A stretch of 64,000 bases of DNA from the human T2T-CHM13v2.0 reference genome, Homo sapiens, in the NCBI RefSeq assembly GCF_009914755.1, contig NC_060928.1, one strand, 5' to 3'. This document shows positions 1 through 13,965 of this stretch, in pieces. Within the stretch, counting starts at the first letter, position 1. Each line of letters starts with the position of its first letter. Under the pieces are notes generated by a model that saw only the letters and a list, made by a program, of their open reading frames with translations, made no database searches and was not told the origin of the DNA. A program made the translations under genes and the position numbers.

Positions 1-220
1 TAAAATATTTTGTTGCTATTTAAAAAATGCAAAAGTGCATGCTCACTGTAACAATTCAGATATACAAATATATAAAGAAGCAGCAAGTTGTCTACTTTTA
101 CCTCCTGATAATCCTAACCCCCCAACAACTTATATAAACTGTTTATACATATAGTTTTTATTTTTTTAATGAAAATTTCATACCTATTAACATGCAAGCT
201 GCTTTAAATTTTTTTTAAAG

Positions 221-331
221 TTTTATTTTAAGACACAGGGTTTGTCTATGTTGCCTAGGCTTATCTTGAACTCCTGGCCTCAAGCTTCCTGAGTAGCTGG
301 GTCTACAGGTGTACACCACCACACCTGGCTT
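221..331 (-). repeat. Alu monomer (FLAM/FAM-like)
   Basis: Short single Alu arm sequence. Confidence 0.75.
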
Positions 332-339
332 AAACTGCC

Positions 340-1370
340 TTTTTTTCAGTGAACAATCCATGTATTATGTATTAGCTTTATTAGTTCAATACACATAAAT
401 CAAATTCATTCTTTCCAATAGCTGCAAAATGTCCCCAAACATGGGCATAATTCTTTAAGAATATTCCAGATGTTCCAAATTCTTCTATATACAAACTATG
501 ATACAATAAATATTCTTAATACTTATGTCCCTATGCGTTAGCACTTTTGTTTCTGTAGGAGAGGTTTCCAGAAATAAGATTGCTGGGTCAAAGGGTATGA
601 GAATGTTTAATTTTAATAAATACTCCTAGATTACTTTTGAAAAGCTTGTTAGGAATTCTGGTCTTGGCAATAGTGCAGGAAGGTCCCCATTTCCCCGCAC
701 ATTTCCCAGCAGTGGGAGTGAGAAATTTTCAAAAAATTTGGCTAAGCTGAACAGGGAAACATTGTAGGTTATTGTTGTTCTAATTGCATTTCAGGACTTG
801 TTGTGAAGTTGAGCAACTCTTCACATGTTTAATGGCCACTTGCAGTTGTTCCTTTTAATTCACTATTTATTACTTTTCTCTTTTTCCTGTTGCTTTATCG
901 ATCAACTTACATGAGCTCTTGTTTACTACAGATACTTAGTTTGCTTATCAAATATTTTGCAAATAACTTCTCCAGGCTATTACTGTCTTCCTGTTTTGTT
1001 TATGGTTTTGGTTGCCATACAGCATGCCACAAGGGCAGTGATGCTGGCTGTTTAGTACATTGCTGTGCCCTCAGCAGCAGGAATGGTGCGTGGCACATAG
1101 TATGTTCTCAATAAAAACAATTATCTCATGAATGGGTGAATGAATAAGTAATAAATTTGAAATTTTAATGCAGCTAATCTGTTAATCCTTTCTCTTATGG
1201 TTTCTGGGTTACCAGAATAGTTCTATTTTATTAGTTTTATTTTTCTTGAAATTAATCCTTTTATCCATCTTGAATAGTTTTTTATTAAGAATTTTTCTTT
1301 TCTATTTGGAGTCCTAATCCATCTTAAATTTGTTCTGCATGTGGTATGAAGCAGGGCAAACTGACCCTAA
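340..1370 (-). repeat. Old L1 (L1M-type) fragments with an L2 3' end at about 1040-1150
   Basis: Degenerate L1 motifs (ATTGCTGGGTCAAAGGGTA, TAATTGCATTTC, GTTGAGCA); L2 tail GGCACATAGTA..CTCAATAAA..TGAATGAAT. Confidence 0.55.
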
Positions 1371-2190
1371 AGTTTGGCCATTACTTTGTGTGAAAAGCAT
1401 TACATGAAATGCAAATTATTTTTAGAATTTATCTGAAGGTGTCCTATACAGTAAAATACAAATATACCCTACCACTCATTTTATGTGTTGTTAAAATATC
1501 TAAAGTTAACTAAAAAATAAAGACTGGATAATGCTTTTCTGACAGCTAATTTTGTTCGCATTTTTGCTTGATTATATATGATTAATTTTGTCTCAATTAT
1601 CAATGAATGCAGATTATCAGGGAGTATCACAAAATTTAAGTATGTGGCTTATCATCTCTAATGAAGTCACTGAATTGTATACAATTTATTTAATAGGAGC
1701 ATATGCTGGATTAACAGAATCAATTACTCAAATTTCAGTATTAAAAAAAATTCCTTTAGCCAAAAATGAAGTGCCTTTTCTAAAAATCATGAAGAAAAAA
1801 CATGGACATGAAATGGTGTGCAATGAATTCAACATTATACAGACTTGAACATTTTGAGGGTAAGTCACATGTTTATGCATTATACTATTCTGATGTCGGC
1901 AGTTTAAACATTTTCCAAGATTTCTTTAAGATGCAATCATTCCACCTCCTCCATGAAGCCCTCCTAGGTGGAAGTCATGGCTACTTCCTCTGAACACGTG
2001 CAGCAATTCTTGCTTCCACCACTTATAAGGCACTGCCCAAAAATGGCTTGCAAGGAAACCTGAATTGCCTCTATTATTCAATGGCTTCTAGTTTCTGTGG
2101 TAAAATCAGGGGCTGTCAAATGATCTGATGATAATGTAATCTTTTCCCTTATAAGTCATTTAATCTTTTTACTCAGATGTTTAAAAAAAG

Positions 2191-2513
<323 letters not shown>

Positions 2514-3383
2514 TAAAGTGCAGTATTGTTTTCACTAGAATATCAATAGGTATTTGTCATTCTAGATCCATATTCTCAGGTATACTGTCTGGTCTTCCAA
2601 AATGTAGTTCTACATTTTTCTTGTATTTCAGTGAAGTTTTTTGGAGTTATAATTTTTAGTGTTGGCTTGCTTTCTTGCTTTGGTTTCCTTCTTCAGTGAC
2701 TCCTATTATCCGTATGCTAGATCTGCTCTGCATATCTTCAGTGGTTGCTGCTTTTGATCATTCTTCCTTTCTTTTTAATTTAATAATTTTCCTCCTTTTA
2801 ACCTTCTAGTCTTTTAAGGGATTCTCTATTGTTCTTATTCGCTATTGTGTTTCTTTTGGTTTCATTTCTGAAATAACAACTGAGATCTTCACCACATTTT
2901 CGAGTTATTCTAATTTTGGCTTGTTACTCTTTATTTGTATTATTTAAAAAATGTCTTTTAGCTCATGTTATTCAGATAGTCAGTTGTAGTTTTCACCTGT
3001 TTGCAGACGTGCTTTCATTGCAGGTAGGGATGTTATTCCCTTTCTCTCTCTCACTCTTCTCTTATATAAAATTTCTTTCTAGTATGGGGTTTGGCCTTAA
3101 TCTTTCTCTGTGCTTTTTTAAAATGTAAAATTGGTTTTCCACAGCCTTACAAGGAGACATTGTCCAAAATACCTTTTTGCAACTCCTCAGAACTCCATTT
3201 TGTGTTGTTTTCATTTAGTGTTAAAAACAGTAACATGCTTTCTGTGATTTTCTGGGTTTGTTTCCCTCCTTCACTTTTATTTGGTCTTTTGTTTCATTCA
3301 TCTCTATTGTTTCTGTCCTGCTCAATTTTGATTCTATTCCTAGTAGTTTTTCTTTGGTGAAGGGCCCTGTCCTGGAAGGGAGC

Positions 3384-3745
3384 TGTATTAGTCCATTTTC
3401 ACACTGCTGTGAAGACATACCTGAGACTGGGTAATTTATAAAGTAAAGAGGTTTAATGGACTCACAGTTTCACATGGCTTGGGAGGCCTCACAATCATGG
3501 TGGAAGGCAAAGGAGGAGCAAAGGTACATCTTACATGGTGTCAGGCAAGAGAGCATGCAGAGGGGAACTGCCCTTTATAAAACCATCAGATCTCGTGAGA
3601 CTTACTCACTGTCATGAGAACAGCATGGGAAAAACCTGCCTCCATGATTCAATGACCTTCCACCAGGTCTCTCCCATGACACTTGGAGATTATGGAGTTA
3701 CAATTCAATGTGAGATTTGGGTGGGAACACAGCCAAACCATATCA
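3384..3745 (-). mobile_element. THE1 (ERVL-MaLR) solo LTR
   Basis: TG...CA termini, THE1 consensus-like, perfect 5-bp TSD GGAGC (3379-3383 / 3746-3750). Confidence 0.92.
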
Positions 3746-4129
3746 GGAGCCCCAGCTGGGGGTTTTGAGAGTTCACGGGACCCAGGCTACTCAAGCCCCT
3801 TCCACCCTTTGGGTCCCTTGCACTCACCCACTAATGGACTTTCCAGTGAAAACCTGTTGGCTATGTTGAGATTTACCTATTATTGGATCTGTCATCACCT
3901 CATTACTGCCCTCTGTGTCTTTCCACCTAGCTGCTGACAGCCTGCAGGCTTGGTGGCATAGGTGGCTTGTTCCAACCCACTTATATTTTGGCATTTGTGG
4001 GGATAGCTTGTCACCTTTTTGTGGTAAATGTTTTCCATGGGGCTTGGGTTTTGGTATCTAGAGGATTTACGTTTTTGTTTTCTAATTTTAAAAAATTGTA
4101 GTAAAATACACATACAAATTTTACCATCT

Positions 4130-4430
<301 letters not shown>

Positions 4431-5354
4431 TCTAGTGGCTCAGCTATTATGAGGAGATTGAATACAGGAGACGGACACACTGTTGCTGCTTCAGCCCCAT
4501 TTAACGGTAAACCCCTGGAAACTGGAGTCTGTGTTCTGTGCCCCACAGCACCAGGATGGCACCTGACACATAGAAAACACTCACACATTTAAGTGATAAA
4601 TGAGTCATTCTTAATTCCTCTGTCTTTTGGCAGGGTGATAGGATGCTTTCTTGTACTCATTAAAGTGATTGATGGATAACATAAAAGTTGCCATTGGTAC
4701 CTGGACTAATACCTTTGCAGGTCAATATGCAGCATGAGCTTCTAGATGGGAAAACACTGCCAACTCTTGAGTACCCAACTAACGAAGGGCAGGAGAGGAA
4801 CAGACTATCTCAAAAGGATGCCAATTTTAAAATACTTTATATTTTGCTCTGTATAAATTTGTTGTAGCAGATTCCTTACTAACTGTTTGGTTCTGGCTAA
4901 TGTTATAACACAGGAGTCCGTGGGCACTACTTGCTGATAGTGATTTGAAGGGGAGGAGTGGACCAGAGGTATATAGGAAAAAAGTAAATAACTGACACAG
5001 CTATACACAAGGTTATATCAGTTAACTGACTGGGCATATTTGAGAGTTGTTACTACAATAGTTGGTAAAGTCAGAGGGAATACAATCTTGGATTCATAAA
5101 GGCCTAACAGTTACAAAGGCTTTCAAATCTGTGACTTCGTTTATTTCCATAACCCTAACCCTAATCCTTTAATACAGGTCCTGCTTGCTCCATTTCACAG
5201 GTGAGACAACAGAGGGACAAAGAGATTAAGCAATGTGCCAATGATCACTGTTAGTCAATGTATAGTCAGGATTCAGATGCTTGGCCAGCTGTGGTGGCTT
5301 ATGCCAGGCTGAGGCAGGAGGATTCAGACTCTTTTCTTCTAAGTTTAGTACTTT

Positions 5355-5657
<303 letters not shown>

Positions 5658-6124
5658 TAGTGCTTTTTGCAGCACTATTGCTGTATCTGAAAAGCATGGT
5701 GATGTAAACTGCCACAAATATAATGTTAAAATAAGGTAGGCTATAAATTGTAAGTATATAAAAATATTGACGTTCCGACCAGTTTGGGCAAGAACAGCCC
5801 TCATTTTCTCCATATAATACCATCCAATCATTCCTACCACTCTCAGTTTCTGCTTCTACCCTTCATCCCATCTCTAGTTATCCCTCCAGAAAAAGAGGGA
5901 AGAATGAAGGTAAAAGTACCATAGTATGACATTTGAGGGCTGTTTCTGAAGCATTAGCCACTACTACTAATGATAAAAGCAACGGCCAGATTGAGACCCT
6001 ATTGTGTGGCAAGCACTATGCTTAGAACCTCATATGAAGTTAATACTCTCACCAACCCTTTGGGTAAGCAATATTGTCCCCACTTTAAAGATGACAAAAC
6101 TGAGGTTAAGAGAAGCAACTTGCT

Positions 6125-6450
<326 letters not shown>

Positions 6451-7044
6451 TTAATAATCACACATTTAGTAAGTGGGGGAGTGGGGATTTGAACCCCACC
6501 CTCTCCAAAACATTAATCTCCATAACATGTATGACTTAAATAAGCTTAAAAACACTACAATAATTAGAAATTCACCTTACTTAGATCTGAGGATGAATTG
6601 AAGTTTATACAATTTATAAAAATGAAAGTAGACTTTTTTAAAGCAGTTTTACTGCATCTATCCATATACAATTATAACTTTTTCTTTTTTTGAGTTCATT
6701 TTAAAATTATCCCTTTCCACATATTAAATTAAATCAGGCAGGAACCCTCAATTCTGGTAGCCATTATTTCTGTGAAGGAAAGAGTGAAATGTCATTTCAA
6801 AATGGACTCTATGTGGTTTGACATCTTTCAGATAGGACTTCTTTCCACTGAACTTTGGGAAAGACATATTTGCTACAAAGCTTTCCATTTTTCCCCCCAG
6901 CTATGACCTATTTTATCATCTGATTTCACACTTCAGTGAAGTCTGATGGGGTCTGTGGTCTCTAAAACACTAAGCTTCTAGTCACCCTTTGAATTCACCT
7001 TCAGCAACTGTGTCTGAAATGAAAAGCTAAAAAGAACTGCTGCC

Positions 7045-7515
7045 CAGCTATGGCAGACAATGTAGCCGGCTGACTCAGCCCCAGTGTCCACCACCCCCTT
7101 CTCTGTCTCTTTTGACAATAGGGTGTCCCAGTGATCATTTCTGGCCAATGAGATTAGGCAGAAATTTGCTGAGTATGGGCTTCTGGGAAACATTTGCTCA
7201 CCTGATATAATGGGACATGTGGCTGGCATTGTCCTTTTCTCTATTCCTTCTAAATGTCTTTAATGATGACGATGATCTGAGGTGCAGAAGCCTTCTTGCA
7301 ATTATTAAGCATGTATACAAAAGCCAACATGCAAAGGATGATAGAGCAGAAAGAGTGAAAGGACCCTGGTCCTTGACAGCACTGCTGAGTGGTTAAAGCC
7401 ACACCAGAAACCATCTACACCTAAACTCCCTGTTCTACAAGCAAATAAACCCCATTTTGGCCAAGCCACTAGAGCCAAGTTTTCTATTACTTGCAGCTGA
7501 ACACATTCTTTACCA
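7045..7515. mobile_element. Old MLT1 (MaLR) LTR
   Basis: TTCTGGCCAATGAGAT, GGGCTTCTGGGAAA, AATAAACCC and TTACTTGCAGCTGAA motifs. Confidence 0.6.
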
Positions 7516-7933
7516 ATAGACCAGCTATTGTCCTTCTTGGTCATCATTCTTCTCTTCCTCTTCCCCAAATCCCACCATCTCCTTATATGTTGAGGGATTG
7601 ATTCAGAAAACTGCCGTCAACTGTTCCTTCACTCTTTGTTTGCGTAAGAATTTCCTGAGTCTTGCTACCATGAGAAACGTAGTATTTCCTGCTTTCTTGT
7701 CAGTGTCTGAAGTTAGGCTTTCTAGTTCTTATGATATACCCTATTGTTTTTAAGGACTTAGTGGGTCACAGTCACATCTTATTCTGTAGTGTTGAAACAC
7801 ACACACAAACAACAATAAAGTCTCCCCAGAGCACTCAATTTTATTCAAACTGACTGAACAGTTAATTTGTTCCTCACAAAGTTCTTAATGCTCTTCAGTG
7901 ATAGAGGTTTTATTTTTAGAAAACATGTGAGAA

Positions 7934-8243
7934 GGCAGGGCATGGTGGCTCACACTTGTAATCCTAGCACTTTGGGAGGCTGAGGCGGGCAGATCACTTG
8001 AAGTCAGGAGTTAGAGACCAGCCTGGCCTATGTGGTGAAACCCCGTCTCTACTAAAAATACCCATACACACACAAAAATAGCCAGGTGTGGTGGTGCACG
8101 CCTGTAATCCTAGCTACTTGGGAGGCTGAGGTGGGACAATTGCTTGAACCCGGGAGGCAGAGGTTGGCAGTGAGCTGAGATTGCACCATTGCACACTCCA
8201 GCCTAGGTGACACAGCAAGACTCCATCTCAAAAAAACAAAACA
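7934..8243 (+). repeat. AluS/J
   Basis: TSD AAAACATGTGAGA. Confidence 0.9.
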
Positions 8244-10597
8244 AAACATGTGAGAGCAACAGTTTATTTGATCACCTTTTCTAGTTTAGTTAACATTTTT
8301 CACAGAAAATGAAATTATACATTGGTTATTTTATTCAGCAGAGCTCAGAGATCCAGGCCATGTGTATTCTTTGGGAGTTGGATCACCTGTAATTAACCAC
8401 GCATATAGGAACCTGGGGGATAATTTTATCATGCTATGTTAGACAACTGCCACTGCCAACACCTGGAATTTAAGTTGCTTTAATTTACCAAAACAAAGCC
8501 TTAGAGTCTCTGGATGTGTTTCTTCAAAAACACACACACAGTTGAACAAAACAGGCAAAAGCATATGCACTTCCACATACTGGTAATGACCAGAGTAACT
8601 GGAGACTGTGGAAATGCAGAGTATTAACTATGCAGGGAATTTAATGTAGGAGATACAAGATTAGGAATGGAAGAACCATGAATGAATGAATGAGTGAGTG
8701 AAGCATATTTATGTTTAACTGCTTCTGACACTCAATTTTAGCTTCCTTTGGATTGAAATGTGGGTACATGTGTGTGTGTCCGTGTACACACCAACTCACC
8801 TGGATTCCTCATTCCAGCTTCATTCAATTCCCATTAGCAGTGGCTCTGCTTGGACACTCAAACACACTGAATCTTGGTTGCCTAATTTATTAATACAATG
8901 TGAGGATAATACTTTACCACAGGGTTATTGTGAGGATTAAAAAAGGTGATATGCATATGAACATATGTGAAAATTCTTAGAAAATGCACTGTGCTGTTAC
9001 TGTTCCTATCTCCCAGTCGAATACGGGAATAATTCTGCCTGAAAATCACATGCAGCTTTTCCATTTTATACATGTATTCTCAGCACTGTTTACTGTATTA
9101 ACAGGAATACCTGCCTTACAAAGGACAATTGTTGCTGAATGTGCTGGAGATTAAAGGGCTTGAGAAAAAGAGAAACAAGGCTTTGCCAGCCCTCTTAAGG
9201 ACCCAAGGAGAGCTCCAAGGGCACGTGTGGTAAAAATGTTGTAAGTAAATTCTTTTCTAGTTTTAATAAGTGGAGCAGGAAACAGGCTGTCCCTCACAGG
9301 AGGAGAATAACAGCACATATCAGAAACTGAAGTGAAACAAGCGGTCAAATCATGGTCTCAGTATTATGCAGGGAAGTTGCATTTAAAGAGCTGCTGAGAT
9401 TCAACCTGGAGGTATGCCATTGACTGTAGTCAAATAGAATAGTAGAGACCTTTTCTTTTCTTCTGTGAAAAAAAATCTTAAAGACAAAACCTCCAAATTT
9501 CACAAAGTTTTTCCCGTTTACATCTCAGATGGGTGGCTGCCCTTACAACAAACATTTTCAAGCTGCTCTAGTAAGAATGCGGATGCTTTTTATGAACCTC
9601 AATTCAATTATGTACAAAGGAATATTCTTTCCTTCTCCCTGTTATTTTGAAATATTTGATTGATCAAATTGAACTTAAAAAAAGAAAACTATTATAGTAC
9701 ACATATCCTTTCTGTTCTTGCTGGAATAACTCTTCATGATCTGAGATAGAAACCATGATTCCTGGTAATATTAGATGCAAACTAGGTAACAGGCAGGGTC
9801 CCTGGTTTTATGGCTAGTAACTGCAAATTTTATAAATAGAAACTAGGATGCAGGTACAACTCTCAATGGTCTCTATGCCATTGAAGATGAGCAGTCACAA
9901 TACAAATCTAATGATAATTAACAAGTAATTTCTATTGTATTATTGAAATGTTTTGCTTTTGGGCTTTTGTTTTTAGGAGATAATGTGTCTGAATTGTTTA
10001 GAAGAGGCTGTTAAGCTGGAATCACTAATGTCAATACATAAAAATTTATATATATATATATAAATCTTCATATCATTTTATTGGTAATTCCAATTTGGGA
10101 TCTATTATAAAGAAATAACTCAGAAGAAAGATCTTTGTGTCTAAAGATGTGAATTAAAAGGTTATTTATGACAGAAAAACGAGTAAATTATGGTTCATTC
10201 AAATTATTACAAATATAGATTTATAAATAAAATTTATAAAATATTTAAGTACATGGAAAATATTAGTTATAAATTTAAAATTTGCAAATATATGGACTCC
10301 ACATTTGCAAATTCACCTACTTGCTAAATGAAAAACAAGATATAAATACATATGGTTAGTATGATCAAAATAATGTCATATGAGCCTAGAAAAAAACTAG
10401 AATGGAATACAAAATATTAACAATGACTGTCTTTGATTTCAATGAATTCTACAAATTTCCACTGTTAGTGTTTAATAACAAAAAAGATCTTTAGTGAAAA
10501 TAAAATGAAATTAGCTTACATTCCCAGGACACACTGAAGCTGCACAGCAGCTAAAGTTTAATTAACAAGGATATGTAAGTTTAGAATTTAAAATCCA

Positions 10598-10982
<385 letters not shown>

Positions 10983-12164
10983 TCATTGCACCTATTAAAT
11001 TTTTTTTTTACACATTTGCCAGGGAGCTAGGTAGAGTGAAGTGAATTTACTGCATATTTTTTCCTTAGCATTTACTAAGGTATTTAAATACAATCTTTAA
11101 GATTCTTTTGGATCAATATTCTCTCCTTAGCTCAAGTCTAAGCAAACATAAGATTCACTCATCTGCACTCTGGAATGTCACTTTGGGCAAAGTAATAACT
11201 AATTCATTTATGTACTACCACACCTCTAGCCATAGTTACATTATGTATAAGCTCATAGAGTCTGCAAATTATAATGTATTCACAGGCCACAGATGTAAAT
11301 GTACCTTTGTTCATTTTTTCCCCTTCCAGTAGAAATTGCCCAGAAAATATGCTTCCAATAATTAAAAATGAAGGGTTGAGGGGTGTGTGTGTGCATTCTT
11401 TGTTCCTGTGCATTTTATTGGCTTGGCTTACACAGGGACTCTCTTATATTGAGTCTAACTCCCTCTTCTTTCTTCCACCAGGATGGACTGCAGGTTTCTA
11501 AGCTCCTTAGAGCAGGGGCAGTCTTTCTCCTGGGGCAAATTTCCATCTGGCACCCAGCACATCATTTACAAAAAGCAGGCACTGGATGTGAGTGATGGAA
11601 TTATTATAATTTTCCACTTTCAGTGATAGTGAGGATCCAAGTAACCTTGTGTCCTGAGCTAAAAGATGGGTGCACTCCACAGAGCCAGGGACAGAGCCTA
11701 CTTGCCAAGTGGAAACTGGGAGAGAGATGACAGGCGTGGTTGTGGGGAGGGTGTGGACAGGACAGTGCCTTTGAGGGTGGCTCCATGTGAAGTAAGGGCC
11801 ACGTGGGATGCTCTGTAGCTGGTGGGAAGGCTGTGCAGAGAAATGGGAGGAGAAGCCTCCCACAAAACCTTCCTGCCACTCCTATGAAAACTTAATGAAC
11901 TCTACACTTCTCACTAACATCTTGTAGGAGGGTGCAGGGCAAAAACAGGCTCATCATGGGATAGTCAAAACAAGGCTAGTTTACGTGTTTGTTAAACTGC
12001 ATCAAGAGTCATCCAAGAATTATTTCCTAAATACTGCTCTGTGCCCTGAATGACGTTTTATGCTTTGAGGCATATAAAGGAAGCGTCACCCACACTTGGG
12101 TTCTGCCCTCGGAATCCTTGGTAGTTCTCTAATGCTTGTTGCTGAACCCTTGACCATTTCCAAA

Positions 12165-12792
12165 CACTGTCAATCCTCACTATTTGTGGATGCCATATTT
12201 GCAAATTCACCTACTTGCTAAAGTGTAATTGCCTCCCCCAAATCAAATCATTTGCAGACATGCACAGAGCAGCAAACATTTGAGTCACGGGGTCCCCACT
12301 GAGGTGGAACAAGGCACCACTCTGGCTTCTAGTTTCAGCTGTCACACTATCAAACAAGCACCCCTCCTACAGTCTGTGTGGTGCCACTTCTTTTTGTATT
12401 TTTGTGCTTTCTGATGGTGACTCAGCTGTCTAAAATGGCCCCAAACTTTGTGCTGAAGTGCTGTCTAGTCATTCCTTATGAGCAAGCAGGCTGTGATATG
12501 CCTTATGGAAAATACGGGTGTTAGACAAGCTTCATTCTGGCTTGAGCTGCAGTGCTTGCTGTTGGCCATGAGTTCAATGTTAATGAATCGTAATTTATAT
12601 TAAATAACGTGCCTTTAAACAGAATCACACATAAAACAAAATGACATATTGATCAGTTGATAAAAATGTGATTGGAGGCTTGCAGGAACCTAACTGAATT
12701 GCTCCCAGAAGCAGTGGTTCAGTATTTGCTAATTCAGTGCTTGTGGTGACTTACTAGAACAAAACTTCAGTGAATAATGAGAATGTATTGTA
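12165..12792. mobile_element. Tigger4/Zombi-like TcMar DNA transposon (non-autonomous)
   Basis: ATTTGCAAATTCACCTACTTGCTAAA, GAGGTGGAACAAGGC; degenerate terminal inverted repeats (GTCAATCCTCACTATTT ... GAATAATGAGAATGTATTGTA). Confidence 0.7.
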
Positions 12793-12839
12793 CTTATGCC
12801 TTCCTCTGCTACTGTTTAACTGAAGGGCAAGGTAGACTA

Positions 12840-13020
12840 AGATTAACCTTTATTAAAGGCCAATTGTGGGCCAAACACTGTGCTAAGAACTTAAAATACA
12901 TTAAGTCATGTAACTCTCACAACCGCCTTGTGAGGTCGGTAGTATCTTCACTTTACAGATGAGAAAACTGATGCTCAGAGAGGTTAAGTAGATTTCTCAA
13001 GGCTGCACAATCCCCATACC
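12840..13020 (+). repeat. MIR
   Basis: TTTACAGATGAGAAAACTGATGCTCAGAGAGGTTAAGT core; strand given as read, convention uncertain. Confidence 0.75.
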
Positions 13021-13790
13021 CGTTGCCTGGGAAATGATTAGAGGAGAGATGATAAAATGGAACGGAACACTGCTGTCAGTCTCAGAGATTTTGTGACAAT
13101 AGAGAGTAACTATAAGGGATAATTTGAGAAGATGCCCATCGGAAAGGCCTCAGCCAAGTGACAAGAGATACTCCCCTAAGCTGGGGGACCAATAAGCTGA
13201 GCAGAGCCGCCTCTCCCTATCAGAGATTCCAGATAGATGACAGAGGTGGGCTTCCATCAGTGTGAAGGTTCCCCTTTCCAACAGGGCACATAATAAATCC
13301 ACTCTTAATTATGCATTCATTTTGCAACAAGAATCTATTAAGTGCCTACCGTATCCCAAGGACGGTTTAGACATTGGAGATTCAGTAGTGAACAAATAGA
13401 TAAAAAGCACTGGGCTAATGGAGCGTATGTTCTAGTGAAATAATAGAAAGATTGGATCATGTGGCTTTAGGTGAATACTTTTCTGAGTGTTTTGGGATAC
13501 ATTTTTAAAATACCAACAAAACTGACATATTTCCGTTCTGTCTGATTCAAATAAGAGCTCTGAAATAGCCAAAAAGATAAGAAGTAGCCAAACCATTTAT
13601 GCTGCCTGCACTACATTGGGTGATCATGTTTTCTAGGGCTTACACTTCCCATGGCACACTAGATCTTCTCAAAGTCCCCTGTTGCAAAACACTAGATGCT
13701 GGATAAACTGAGCAAAAACTGGCCTATTATTATTATGATTATCCCAAAGGAATGAAGCATCCCAAAAAGTGACTTGAAGTCTTTTTAGAA

Positions 13791-13965
13791 CAATAGTTCT
13801 GAACTGGGGCTGGACATTAAGTCATCTGGAAAGTTTTAAAAAGTCCTGCTGCCCAGGTCACATCCAAACCAATTAAATGAGAATCTTGGAGTGGAACTCA
13901 GGCATCAGCATTCTGTAAAGCTCCCCAGGTGATTCTGATGTACAGCCAAGGTGAAGAACCACTGC
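13791..13965. mobile_element. MER5A (hAT-Charlie)
   Basis: AAGCTCCCCAGGTGATTCTGATGTACAGCCAAGGTGAAGAACCACTG terminus. Confidence 0.8.

Noticed and set aside
5150-5168. Telomere-like TAACCCTAACCCTAATCC
   Set aside because: Only about 2-3 units, inside a MIR; too short for an interstitial telomere.
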